A DNA stretch of 64,000 nt from Planctomycetota bacterium (GTDB taxonomy: Bacteria; Planctomycetota; GCA-002687715; DRQF01), in NCBI GenBank assembly GCA_027001995.1, contig JALTLO010000177.1, forward strand, positions 11,193 to 75,192, given 5' to 3'. Positions 56,562-64,000 of this stretch are shown in pieces (positions within the stretch are counted from its first letter, which is position 1; every line of letters starts with the position of its first letter). The position numbers were made by a program, and so were the translations under genes. The notes under the pieces were generated by a model, which was not told the DNA's origin, did not search any database, and saw only the letters and a list, made by a program, of their open reading frames with translations.

Positions 56562-57866
56562 TTGGATGCAAGTCCCGTAACTTCTGTGACGATAGAAGGA
56601 TCAGAAGAACTCCGGAGCCGAAGAGCCTTGCTACTTTTATCGAACATTCTGACTCTGGTGGTCTTATTGGTGCTGGGTTTCGCCCTCCGCGCCGTGGGAA
56701 AGAAAGCCAGCATTCCTCCAGCAGCAAGCCTGATGTTTCTCGGAGTGCTCGTGGGGACGAGTGGTTTTGACGTCATTCCCCAGAGTTACCAGGCCATCAG
56801 TCAGCAATTGTCTCTTGTGGCCTTCGTCATGTTGCTTCTTCGGGCAGGCTTGGGCATGGAGCCCAAGGCCATGGGCAAAATGGTTCCTGGCATCGTCCTT
56901 CTTGGGTTGATCCCTGCCATGGCAGAGATGGCATTCTTGGCCACTGGCGCGCGGGTTTTTCTTTTCGATCGTTGGGACCTAGCGCTTCTCGCTGCCTTTC
57001 TTGTTGCGGCAGTTTCCCCAGCCGTCATTCTTCCGACCATGCTCGACCAAAAGCACAAGGGACGTGGTGGGCCCAGGATGGTACCGGATCGCATCATGGG
57101 AATGGCCATCGTCAACTCTTTCGTGGCGAAGGCGTCAATCATTCTCCTTCTTGGTCTCATTGTCGGCACGGTGAAACAGTCCGACTTGGGGCGAGAGTTG
57201 TTGCTATTGCCCCTCAGGTTGATTTTTGGCGTTGTGCTTGGTTTCGTCTTGGGGCGTTTTGTGGTTGTGGCACTTGAGAAGGTGCCCAGATCTGAAACCC
57301 TCATATGGGGTGGCGCAGGCCTTGTCTTAGCCGCCTCCATCACCATGTACTTCAAGGCGCAGGCATTCTATTTTGAAGGTGTCTTTGCAGTCTTGTCGTT
57401 TGGTCTTGGAATGCGTCTTCGTGGTCCCGACTTGGCTGACGGTTTCAAAGATCGATTCAATAGCCTTTGGGCTGTGGCTGAAATCCCTTTGTTTGTCAAC
57501 GTTGGTTCACTCATTGATCTGGGGCGGCTCTCTCAGTTGCCTTTGGTCGTCGGGCTTTTGGGCTTGATGATATTGGGGCTTGCTGTGCGGAAATGGGCGG
57601 CTTGGCTGTGCACAGCCCGGGGAGATCTCTCGAAGCCAGAGCGGTTTTATGTGACCCTTGCTCAAGTTCCCAAAGCCACGATTCAGGCTGTCTTCGGGCC
57701 GGTTGTTTTCTTCACTTTGGGAGGAGCTGGTTCTGAATTGCGCGAAGCTGGGCAGCTGATGCTCATTATGGCGGTCTTGGCGATAATTTCGACAGCCCCT
57801 ATTGGAGCTGTGGTCTTAGATCGTTGGGGTGGACGCCTTTTGCCGCGAAACGACGAATCGAGTTAA
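56562..57866 (+). CDS. Cation:proton antiporter (Na+/H+ exchanger family)
   Basis: About 11-12 predicted TM helices. The N-terminal pattern ALRAVGKKASIPPAASLMFLGVLVGTSGF is typical of CPA-type exchangers. Confidence 0.7.
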   Translation: MDASPVTSVTIEGSEELRSRRALLLLSNILTLVVLLVLGFALRAVGKKASIPPAASLMFLGVLVGTSGFDVIPQSYQAISQQLSLVAFVMLLLRAGLGMEPKAMGKMVPGIVLLGLIPAMAEMAFLATGARVFLFDRWDLALLAAFLVAAVSPAVILPTMLDQKHKGRGGPRMVPDRIMGMAIVNSFVAKASIILLLGLIVGTVKQSDLGRELLLLPLRLIFGVVLGFVLGRFVVVALEKVPRSETLIWGGAGLVLAASITMYFKAQAFYFEGVFAVLSFGLGMRLRGPDLADGFKDRFNSLWAVAEIPLFVNVGSLIDLGRLSQLPLVVGLLGLMILGLAVRKWAAWLCTARGDLSKPERFYVTLAQVPKATIQAVFGPVVFFTLGGAGSELREAGQLMLIMAVLAIISTAPIGAVVLDRWGGRLLPRNDESS

Positions 57867-57923
57867 AACTGCTTTCCCATTGGGCTTCACCGATTGACAG
57901 TTCAGATTTGCTAAGATCGACTC

Positions 57924-58145
57924 ATGGTCAACAATAACAAAAGTAAACCCAGTGTCGGTTTGGCGCGCTTTCATAAGCTGACGATCGGAGCCGGGCTCCT
58001 GTGCATGATGTACATGATCTGGCGCTATTGGCACCTCTATCAATTCTCAGGCGAGAATCACCATTTGGCCTACGCTTCGGTGACCACCATGCTTTTCATG
58101 GCCATGACTGCATATCTTTGGCGTTTCAACAATAAAACTCTTTAA
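57924..58145 (+). CDS. Small hypothetical membrane protein (two TM helices)
   Basis: 73-aa ORF with hydrophobic stretches LTIGAGLLCMMYMIW and ASVTTMLFMAMTAYLW. No other support. Confidence 0.3.
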   Translation: MVNNNKSKPSVGLARFHKLTIGAGLLCMMYMIWRYWHLYQFSGENHHLAYASVTTMLFMAMTAYLWRFNNKTL

Positions 58146-58393
58146 CAGGCACGATGCAGTCGAGGGGTGTGTCACCCAGGGCTGAAAACGGTGACTTCAT
58201 GCCCTGGAGGATTCACGGTTTCGAGGACAGATCGAAAATGGCTTCGAGCTGGGAGTCGAAACGGGGTTCGGTTTTGAGTGGTAGGCCCATAGGAAGAATA
58301 GGTGCGGTAACTTCGTTTTCACATGGTTGCAGCAGATAATGTAATCTGCCATTCTCAGTCAAGGCAATAGAATCACTCATACGAGGTAAACCT

Positions 58394-58850
58394 ATGAGAA
58401 CTGTAGAGTCCGTCGCATGTTTGTTTTTGGTCATAGCCCTGCTGTTCGTGATGGGGCATGCTCAGGCGGCGATGGCTTAAACTTCTGACGGTGACAGTGT
58501 GGAAGACTATCTTGGCATTTCAGTCAGCCATGTTGGTGACGTGAATGGGGATGGCTTCACCGATCTCATTGTTGCTGTTCATTGGGATGACGGTAGCGGA
58601 CCTGATAGCGGCAGTGCCCGGGGTCTTCTTGGCACCGACCTTGGCGGTCATTTAGTCCCCACGGAAACGACCTGCTCTCACGACCTTGATCTGAACTGTT
58701 TCCAGGATACCGCAGATCCATTGGCAGTCACAGGGCTCTTGTCTGTGATGGAGTAACTCCTCGTGGGCTAAGCGTCATTGGTTGGTTGGAGCTTTGCTCA
58801 AGCTGATTTCTCGTTATTCGGCTATCTGCCCTTGCTCATTGCCATCGCCT
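58394..58850 (+). pseudogene. Decayed, repeat-collapsed paralogue of the downstream FG-GAP gene
   Basis: The ATG at 58394 follows GAGGT and encodes a signal peptide (MRTVESVACLFLVIALLFVMGHAQA). An in-frame TAA at 58478..58480 sits where the intact copy has TAC. A single FG-GAP unit follows (GDSVEDYLGISVSHVGDVNGDGFTDLIV). A 1-nt deletion near 58727 shifts the frame to a stop at 58754..58756. Nucleotide homology to 60300..60530 continues to about 58850. Confidence 0.8.
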
Positions 58851-59026
58851 CATGTCGCCTTGTGATCTGCCCTTGAGTGTGAGGACCTCATGAAAAGGAC
58901 ATGTGTGGTATGAAAAATTCTTCTTTCGTGCCAGAAAATGGGGGACTTGCTAAATTATGGATCTGTGACCGTATAGGAAGATTCGAGAAGAGCGCAAAGA
59001 GAAGATGATCATGAGGGGAGCAGTCT

Positions 59027-60700
59027 ATGAATACTCTAAAGTTTGTTGTGTGTTTGTTCTTGGTGATGGCCGTGATGGGGGGCGTGAGTTACGCTCAGGT
59101 GACGGTCGGCTACACTTTTAACGGTGACAGTGTGAATGATTTCTCTGGCTATTCAGTCAGCAACGCTGGAGACGTGAATGGAGATGGTTTCGCCGATCTC
59201 ATTGTTGGTGCCTCTGGAGATGACAACAACGGAATCGACAGCGGTAGCGCCCGGGTTTTTTCTGGTTTCGATGGCAGTGTCCTCTACACCTTTGATGGTG
59301 ATAGTGCGAACGATTACTTTGGTTATTCAGTCAGTAGCGCTGGAGACGTGAATGGGGATGGTTTTGCTGACTTCATTGTTGGTGCCTATGGAGACGCCAA
59401 CAACGGAACTGAAAGCGGCGGTGCCCGAGTTTTTTCTGGTTTCGACGGCAGTACTCTCTATACCTTCGACGGTGACAGTGCGTTCGATAGATTCGGCTTT
59501 TCAGTTAGCGATGCTGGAGACGTGAATGGGGATGGTTTTGCTGACCTTATCGTTGGTGCCTATGGAGACGATAATAACGGCGCTGTAAGCGGCAGCGCGC
59601 GGGTTTTCTCAGGCTTCGACGGCAGTATTCTCTACACATTTGACGGTGACGGTGTGGGCGATTTCTTTGGTCGATCAGTCAGCAATGCTGGAGACGTAAA
59701 TAGGGACGGTTTCGCTGACCTTATTGTTGGTGCCGTTGGGGACGACAACAACGGAACCAATAGCGGTATTGCCCGGGTTTTTTCTGGTTTGGACGGCAGT
59801 ATTCTCTACAACTTTGAGGGTGACAGTGTGGGTGACAACTTTGGTCAATCAGTCAGTCATGCCGGAGACGTGAATGGAGACGGCTTTGCTGATCTCATTG
59901 TTGGCGCCTATTTGGACGACAACAACGGAAATGAAAGTGGCAGTGTCCGGGTTTTTTCTGGTTTGGACGGCAGTATCCTCTACAACTTTGACGGAGACAG
60001 CGCGGAGGATTACTTTGGAGTTTCAGTCAGCCATGCTGGAGACGTGAATGGCGATGGGTTTGCTGACCTCATTGTTGGTGCCCATGGAGACAACAACAAC
60101 GGAAATGAAAGTGGCAGTGCCCGGGTTTTTTCTGGTTTGGACGGCAGTATCCTCCATACCTTTGACGGTAGCAGTGGATTCGATTTCTTTGGCTTTTCAG
60201 TCAGTAGTGCTGGAGACGTGAATGGGGATGGCTTCGCTGACCTCATTGTTGGCGCTTATGGAGACGATAGCAACGGCCTTGATAGCGGCAGCGCCCGGGT
60301 TTTGTTGGCGCCGACCTTACCTGTCCTTAAGTACCGCACGGAAACGACCTTTTCTCATGGCCTTGATTTGAATTGGTTCCCGGATGCCGCAGATCCATCG
60401 GCAGTCACAGGTACTCTTGTCTGTGATGGAGGAACTCCCGGTGGTTTTGGGGTCAAATTGCGGAGTTTCGCTCGCATTGACTTCTTGGCATTCGGGAATC
60501 TGCCTTTGCTCATTGCCATCGACTCTATCAATTTCCTTGACAGTCAGAATTTGAGTTTCGATGGCATGGGTGAGTTTACGATTTCCGGTGCTTCCCGCAA
60601 GAATCCTGTCTTGGCGGGTTTCGATGTCTACTTGCAGATCTTTGAAATAAGCCCAGTGATTTCCTCCTCTCCAGGATTACGCTTTGCGGTGGCACCTTAG
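59027..60700 (+). CDS. Secreted FG-GAP repeat protein (predicted 7-blade integrin-alpha-like beta-propeller) with C-terminal beta-rich domain
   Basis: Signal peptide FVVCLFLVMAVMGGVSYAQ. Seven units follow of GDS..D.FG.SVS.AGDVNGDGFADLIVGA.GDDNNG..SGSARVFSG.DGS.LYTFD. Confidence 0.85.
   Translation: MNTLKFVVCLFLVMAVMGGVSYAQVTVGYTFNGDSVNDFSGYSVSNAGDVNGDGFADLIVGASGDDNNGIDSGSARVFSGFDGSVLYTFDGDSANDYFGYSVSSAGDVNGDGFADFIVGAYGDANNGTESGGARVFSGFDGSTLYTFDGDSAFDRFGFSVSDAGDVNGDGFADLIVGAYGDDNNGAVSGSARVFSGFDGSILYTFDGDGVGDFFGRSVSNAGDVNRDGFADLIVGAVGDDNNGTNSGIARVFSGLDGSILYNFEGDSVGDNFGQSVSHAGDVNGDGFADLIVGAYLDDNNGNESGSVRVFSGLDGSILYNFDGDSAEDYFGVSVSHAGDVNGDGFADLIVGAHGDNNNGNESGSARVFSGLDGSILHTFDGSSGFDFFGFSVSSAGDVNGDGFADLIVGAYGDDSNGLDSGSARVLLAPTLPVLKYRTETTFSHGLDLNWFPDAADPSAVTGTLVCDGGTPGGFGVKLRSFARIDFLAFGNLPLLIAIDSINFLDSQNLSFDGMGEFTISGASRKNPVLAGFDVYLQIFEISPVISSSPGLRFAVAP
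59123..60301 (+). repeat. Tandem coding repeat: 174-nt (58-codon) unit, 6 full copies plus 1 truncated copy
   Basis: Unit starts at 59123, 59297, 59471, 59645, 59819, 59993 and 60167. Long near-identical nucleotide runs recur, e.g. CCGGGTTTTTTCTGGTTTGGACGGCAGTAT at about 59771, 59945 and 60119. Confidence 0.9.
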
Positions 60701-60860
60701 ACTTGGCGCCTCAAGCTATTCATGACTCGTGGTCGTCATGAAAGATCACCAATAGAAGGGGATCGATCATGCAATCCGTTAGGTTTGCCTACTTCGACCG
60801 CGACTTCATGAAAGACAGATCTCGGGCTGTCTTTCTGGAACCAGGATGTCTCAAACAACA

Positions 60861-60889
60861 ACGATCATGCCGTGAGTCGGCATGATCGT
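60861..60889. terminator. Strong hairpin in a convergent intergenic gap (putative bidirectional terminator)
   Basis: Perfect 12-bp stem ACGATCATGCCG (60861..60872) / CGGCATGATCGT (60878..60889) with a 5-nt loop. The flanking T-tracts are only moderate. A second 9-bp hairpin (GAAAGACAG/CTGTCTTTC) lies at 60810..60835. Confidence 0.55.
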
Positions 60890-60915
60890 CTTCAATTCTC
60901 TTGCTTAGATCTGGG

Positions 60916-63861
60916 CTAACCTCCCAGAGTGGAGAGAATACCGGCTCGCTCGAGAATCTTGGCGATCCTCATCTTGTGAGGCAGATCACTGGCTGCAACT
61001 TCTTGGGCCAGTTCCTCTCGCTCAGTTTCTAAGCGCAGGTATTCTACGGCCAACCGCCCGATAGCTCGTTCAGAAATTGATTCCAAATATTCGAATCCTT
61101 CCCGGTAAACGAGCCTTGCGGCCAAAGATTTGGCCATGATCCATTCTAAGTAGGCTGGAGGCATTTCGTCCCATACCCGGTCTCCCGCTTTCTCCAAAAG
61201 AGCATTGGGCAAGTGGCTTGTGACTAGACGCTTCATCAATGCGGGATCTGTGTCGTTGGTAGCGGTGATTGCGCTATGAATGGCATCGGCAGTACGGATC
61301 ACCACCCGGCTGAGGCGAATGGACAACTCAAAGAGTGGTGTTTCCGCATGGTGTTTGCTCATCCTGAGCAGCAATTCAGCTTCTCTGCGGGCTAACTCTC
61401 GGAGTTTCGTTAGTATTTGTTCGATGAAGGTTGTCTTGATTTCCAAGAATTCGTCTTCACTGAGGATCATACTGGCGGCGATCTCAAAGCTCGACGTAAT
61501 AACGCCGCATTTATTGGCGGAGCTGTCTTTGATGATGATGACGCCAGCATCCGACAAGGCACGTCGGGCTTCTGTCGTGAGAAACAGGTTTGCACCTTCG
61601 ACAATGACCTTGCTGGCGGGAACGCCGTCTTCGTCCAAGAAGTCTTGCCAATTGGACTCATGGATAGTTGCTGGCCGACCACCTGCAGGAATGAAGGCGT
61701 CCGACTTGATGCGGTTGTGCATGTTGTTTCGAGCTTGGACGCCTTCCGGGTCACCTACTTCGATGATACGACCTTGTGCTCCCAACTTGCTGGTATCGAA
61801 AGAAGAAATGGGAAGTCCTTCGCGGAACAAGCGGAGTAATTCCTGATGATCCAAACCGTCGGGGTCCTCGCCGCAGCCAGAACCGTCGGCAATGCCAATG
61901 ATCTTGGCGTTCTCGCCATAGTCCCGGTTGAGGATGCGGATCTCGTTGCCGGCAACATCGCCATCTGGACCGCCGGTTATCTTGACGGTAAAGGTGTCTT
62001 TGTCTGGATTGATCCCAATGTGGCGCAGGGAAGAATCGAGGAAAACAGTGACTCCTTCACTGGTGACGCCGTACGTTTTGTGGTTGATACCAGCACCAGG
62101 TTTGGAGCTCATGAAAGCGTTCGGCGTCGGATAGTTTCGTCTCTTGGCTCGGGCGGCAATCCACTCAATGAGATCGGGTGTAATGTTTTCATCAGGGCCC
62201 AAGTACAAGAGCTCCGGACTGCCAAAGTAATCAACCAAGGAATCTTCGCTATCCTCTCCCGGCGCGATGAGATCTAAGAGTCCATCGACGAAAGCCTTGA
62301 CACAACGATTGACCGGTGTGTCCGGCTCCAAGAGAACAACAGCTTTTGAACCACCTTCTGGGATGTCTTTGTTCTTCAATTGTTGAGCGAAAGCTAAGCC
62401 GTAAACTTCGTCGTAGAGGCGGTTGACTTCCCGTGAATGTTGATCGGCACCGATGGTGCGGACGCAACGGACACCACCCCGAGCGATGTCGCGGAAGCGG
62501 ACGTGAAAGCCATTGAATGAACGTCCATGAATGAAGAATACACCGAAGGGCAATTCGGGACGATCTTCAGAAACCAGAAGCTTGGGGTCGATCCGCATCG
62601 CCAAAGCGAAACGATTCTGCTTGAAGACGTTGGTTCGCATGACTCCTGAAACAGCTTTGATCAGGGTGTCCAGCATGACCCGTTCTGATTCCAAGTCGAC
62701 TGTTGTCTCGATGCGTTGACGAAGGGCATCGGTTGTCTCTTGGAATTCTTCGTCCAGCATGGGACGTTTGGCATTGAATCGTAAGAGGAATATATCGACG
62801 ATTTCGGACGTGAATTGATAGTTTTTTTCGGCGCTCTTGAGAATCTGGTCCCGATCAAATGCCGCGTGATTGCTCTTCACCAACATGTGATGCGCCAAAT
62901 GGCAGAGGGCCATAATGACTTCTGCCCGGGTGAGGCTTAGTCCTTCGTGACGATAGGCCAAGAAAAGAGTGTTGACGTCAATCCATTTGAGACGTTGAAG
63001 ATCTTTGTGGACGGAGATCCACAATTCTGAATTCTCGTCCAGAGGTTTGCCGTCCGGTCCATGAACAACAAAGCCCATAGTGTTGACCTTACCGTGTTCC
63101 TTGTCGTCCAAAACGTCCAAGTATGCGCGATCGACTTTGATTCCTGCGCGGCCTAAACGGGTGTTGATTCGGCGAAACATGCGATAAGGGGCGCAGTTTG
63201 AAATCGTGACCACCACACGGCTGTAACCTGGGTCAAGTTCCTGCTCCAAGGCGACGGTGGCCAAGTCTGTGCCACTGACCGCTTTGAAGTAGTCCCACTT
63301 GCGTGCGATTCGAAGAGGGGTCAAGACATTGACGTAGTTCTCCGGACAGCGTTCCAAGTGTTCCTTGACCTCGTCTTTGGTGATTTCTGGGTCGAGAGTT
63401 CGGATGTACTCATAGACTTCTTGGAGTTTTTCGCAGTTCTTCTCGCCGACGGCTTCAAATACCTGGGTCTTGCCGAAAGAAAAAGTCACGATAATGAGCT
63501 TGTTATCCGTTGCCGTGTGGATCTTTGCGGAACGCAAATTGAGATGTTCAGGCAGGGCCTTCATGTACTCAGAGAGAATTCCAGGATAATTCTCTGGTCC
63601 CATGAACGTCCATTGCTCGCGCTCATCATCCCGCAACACCATGTCGATGGGACGACCAGATGCTTTGGCTGCCAGGAGGGCACGGAGATGACGCAGGCGT
63701 TCCCGTGGCCCGGTATCTTGGAAATACATCTGGGGCATATTGTCGAAGAACCAGGGGACCACCTCTTCGGCTGTTTGGCGTAAACTCTGGGTGAGTTCAT
63801 CGACAACGGATTGGGGATCAGTTTGTTCTTGGTTGGCTGGGGCGTTGGTGTTGTGGTCCAT
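60916..63861 (-). CDS. NAD-specific glutamate dehydrogenase, large (~110 kDa, GDH2-like) class
   Basis: ARGGVRCVRT, KITGGPDGDVAGNEI, EGANLFLT and DSSANKCGVITSSFEI match the large NAD-GDH signature rather than the 50-kDa hexameric type. Confidence 0.85.
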   Translation of the reverse strand: MDHNTNAPANQEQTDPQSVVDELTQSLRQTAEEVVPWFFDNMPQMYFQDTGPRERLRHLRALLAAKASGRPIDMVLRDDEREQWTFMGPENYPGILSEYMKALPEHLNLRSAKIHTATDNKLIIVTFSFGKTQVFEAVGEKNCEKLQEVYEYIRTLDPEITKDEVKEHLERCPENYVNVLTPLRIARKWDYFKAVSGTDLATVALEQELDPGYSRVVVTISNCAPYRMFRRINTRLGRAGIKVDRAYLDVLDDKEHGKVNTMGFVVHGPDGKPLDENSELWISVHKDLQRLKWIDVNTLFLAYRHEGLSLTRAEVIMALCHLAHHMLVKSNHAAFDRDQILKSAEKNYQFTSEIVDIFLLRFNAKRPMLDEEFQETTDALRQRIETTVDLESERVMLDTLIKAVSGVMRTNVFKQNRFALAMRIDPKLLVSEDRPELPFGVFFIHGRSFNGFHVRFRDIARGGVRCVRTIGADQHSREVNRLYDEVYGLAFAQQLKNKDIPEGGSKAVVLLEPDTPVNRCVKAFVDGLLDLIAPGEDSEDSLVDYFGSPELLYLGPDENITPDLIEWIAARAKRRNYPTPNAFMSSKPGAGINHKTYGVTSEGVTVFLDSSLRHIGINPDKDTFTVKITGGPDGDVAGNEIRILNRDYGENAKIIGIADGSGCGEDPDGLDHQELLRLFREGLPISSFDTSKLGAQGRIIEVGDPEGVQARNNMHNRIKSDAFIPAGGRPATIHESNWQDFLDEDGVPASKVIVEGANLFLTTEARRALSDAGVIIIKDSSANKCGVITSSFEIAASMILSEDEFLEIKTTFIEQILTKLRELARREAELLLRMSKHHAETPLFELSIRLSRVVIRTADAIHSAITATNDTDPALMKRLVTSHLPNALLEKAGDRVWDEMPPAYLEWIMAKSLAARLVYREGFEYLESISERAIGRLAVEYLRLETEREELAQEVAASDLPHKMRIAKILERAGILSTLGG

Positions 63862-64000
63862 AACTCAGTCTTTTTTTGGAGCATTGGATGTGTCAATAGC
63901 GTGATCTTCGCACATTTCGGCCCGTCAATCACATTTGAATAATTACCAACAGTTGAGGCGCCGACAAACGAGGATTTTGAATTCACTCCGATTTGAGTTT

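Noticed and set aside
58213-58434. 73-aa minus-strand ORF between the small membrane protein gene and the FG-GAP pseudogene
   Set aside because: Its 5' end is antisense to the pseudogene signal-peptide region. There is no SD and no recognisable features.
59123-60301. Regular repeat array considered as a possible CRISPR or non-coding satellite
   Set aside because: The period is 174 nt with no unique spacers. The array is in-frame throughout and encodes canonical FG-GAP units within a single 557-aa ORF.
61280-62277. Antisense ORFs of 188 and 143 aa within the glutamate dehydrogenase gene
   Set aside because: Spurious antisense reading frames opposite GDH-type genes are a known annotation artefact. 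The sense-strand GDH motifs are unambiguous.
1-64000. Whole-window search by eye for tRNA/rRNA genes, CRISPR arrays, IS elements, integrases, reverse transcriptases, restriction-modification or toxin-antitoxin pairs
   Set aside because: None recognised. No T-loop GGTTCGAATCC-type motif occurs outside coding sequence. There are no transposase, integrase or RT motifs and no flanking inverted or direct repeats suggestive of an island. The window looks like core chromosome.

Overview
This is a 64-kb, densely packed chromosomal segment from a diderm bacterium. The gene content includes an ECF sigma factor, a TPR Ser/Thr kinase, many secreted HEAT, TPR, FG-GAP and CarboxypepD_reg-type proteins, and a pilin-like protein. 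Shine-Dalgarno signals are weak. Together these suggest a PVC/Planctomycetota-like lineage, but this is unverified because no database search was possible. I support about 50 protein-coding genes, many joined by overlapping stop/start junctions. I recognised no rRNA, tRNA, CRISPR array, transposase, integrase or phage gene, so this looks like core chromosome rather than a mobile island. Housekeeping blocks: recA; rpmF-plsX-fabH-fabD-fabG-acpP-fabF, with an attenuator hairpin after acpP; a UDPGP-family sugar pyrophosphorylase-ddl-thiE-(S26-like)-thiL string; dxr-rseP-UbiA-like; cca; a class I aminotransferase; and a large (981 aa) NAD-glutamate dehydrogenase. Less ordinary content, best candidate first: (1) a translationally coupled minus-strand trio at 41786..37694 encoding a pilin-like protein plus two paralogous membrane-anchored dynamin-like GTPases; (2) an MBOAT acyltransferase coupled to a ~1130-aa exported protein with two SGNH/DltD-like modules and then a homocysteine S-methyltransferase; (3) a TolC-family gene bracketed by HEAT-repeat proteins with no pump nearby; (4) an S26 peptidase homologue that appears to lack both catalytic residues, sitting between thiE and thiL; (5) a 7 x 174-nt FG-GAP repeat gene with a collapsed, decayed paralogue just upstream. 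All domain calls come from motif recognition by eye in the supplied translations. Starts were refined by hand where an internal ATG fits better. No similarity search, HMM or structure prediction was run.
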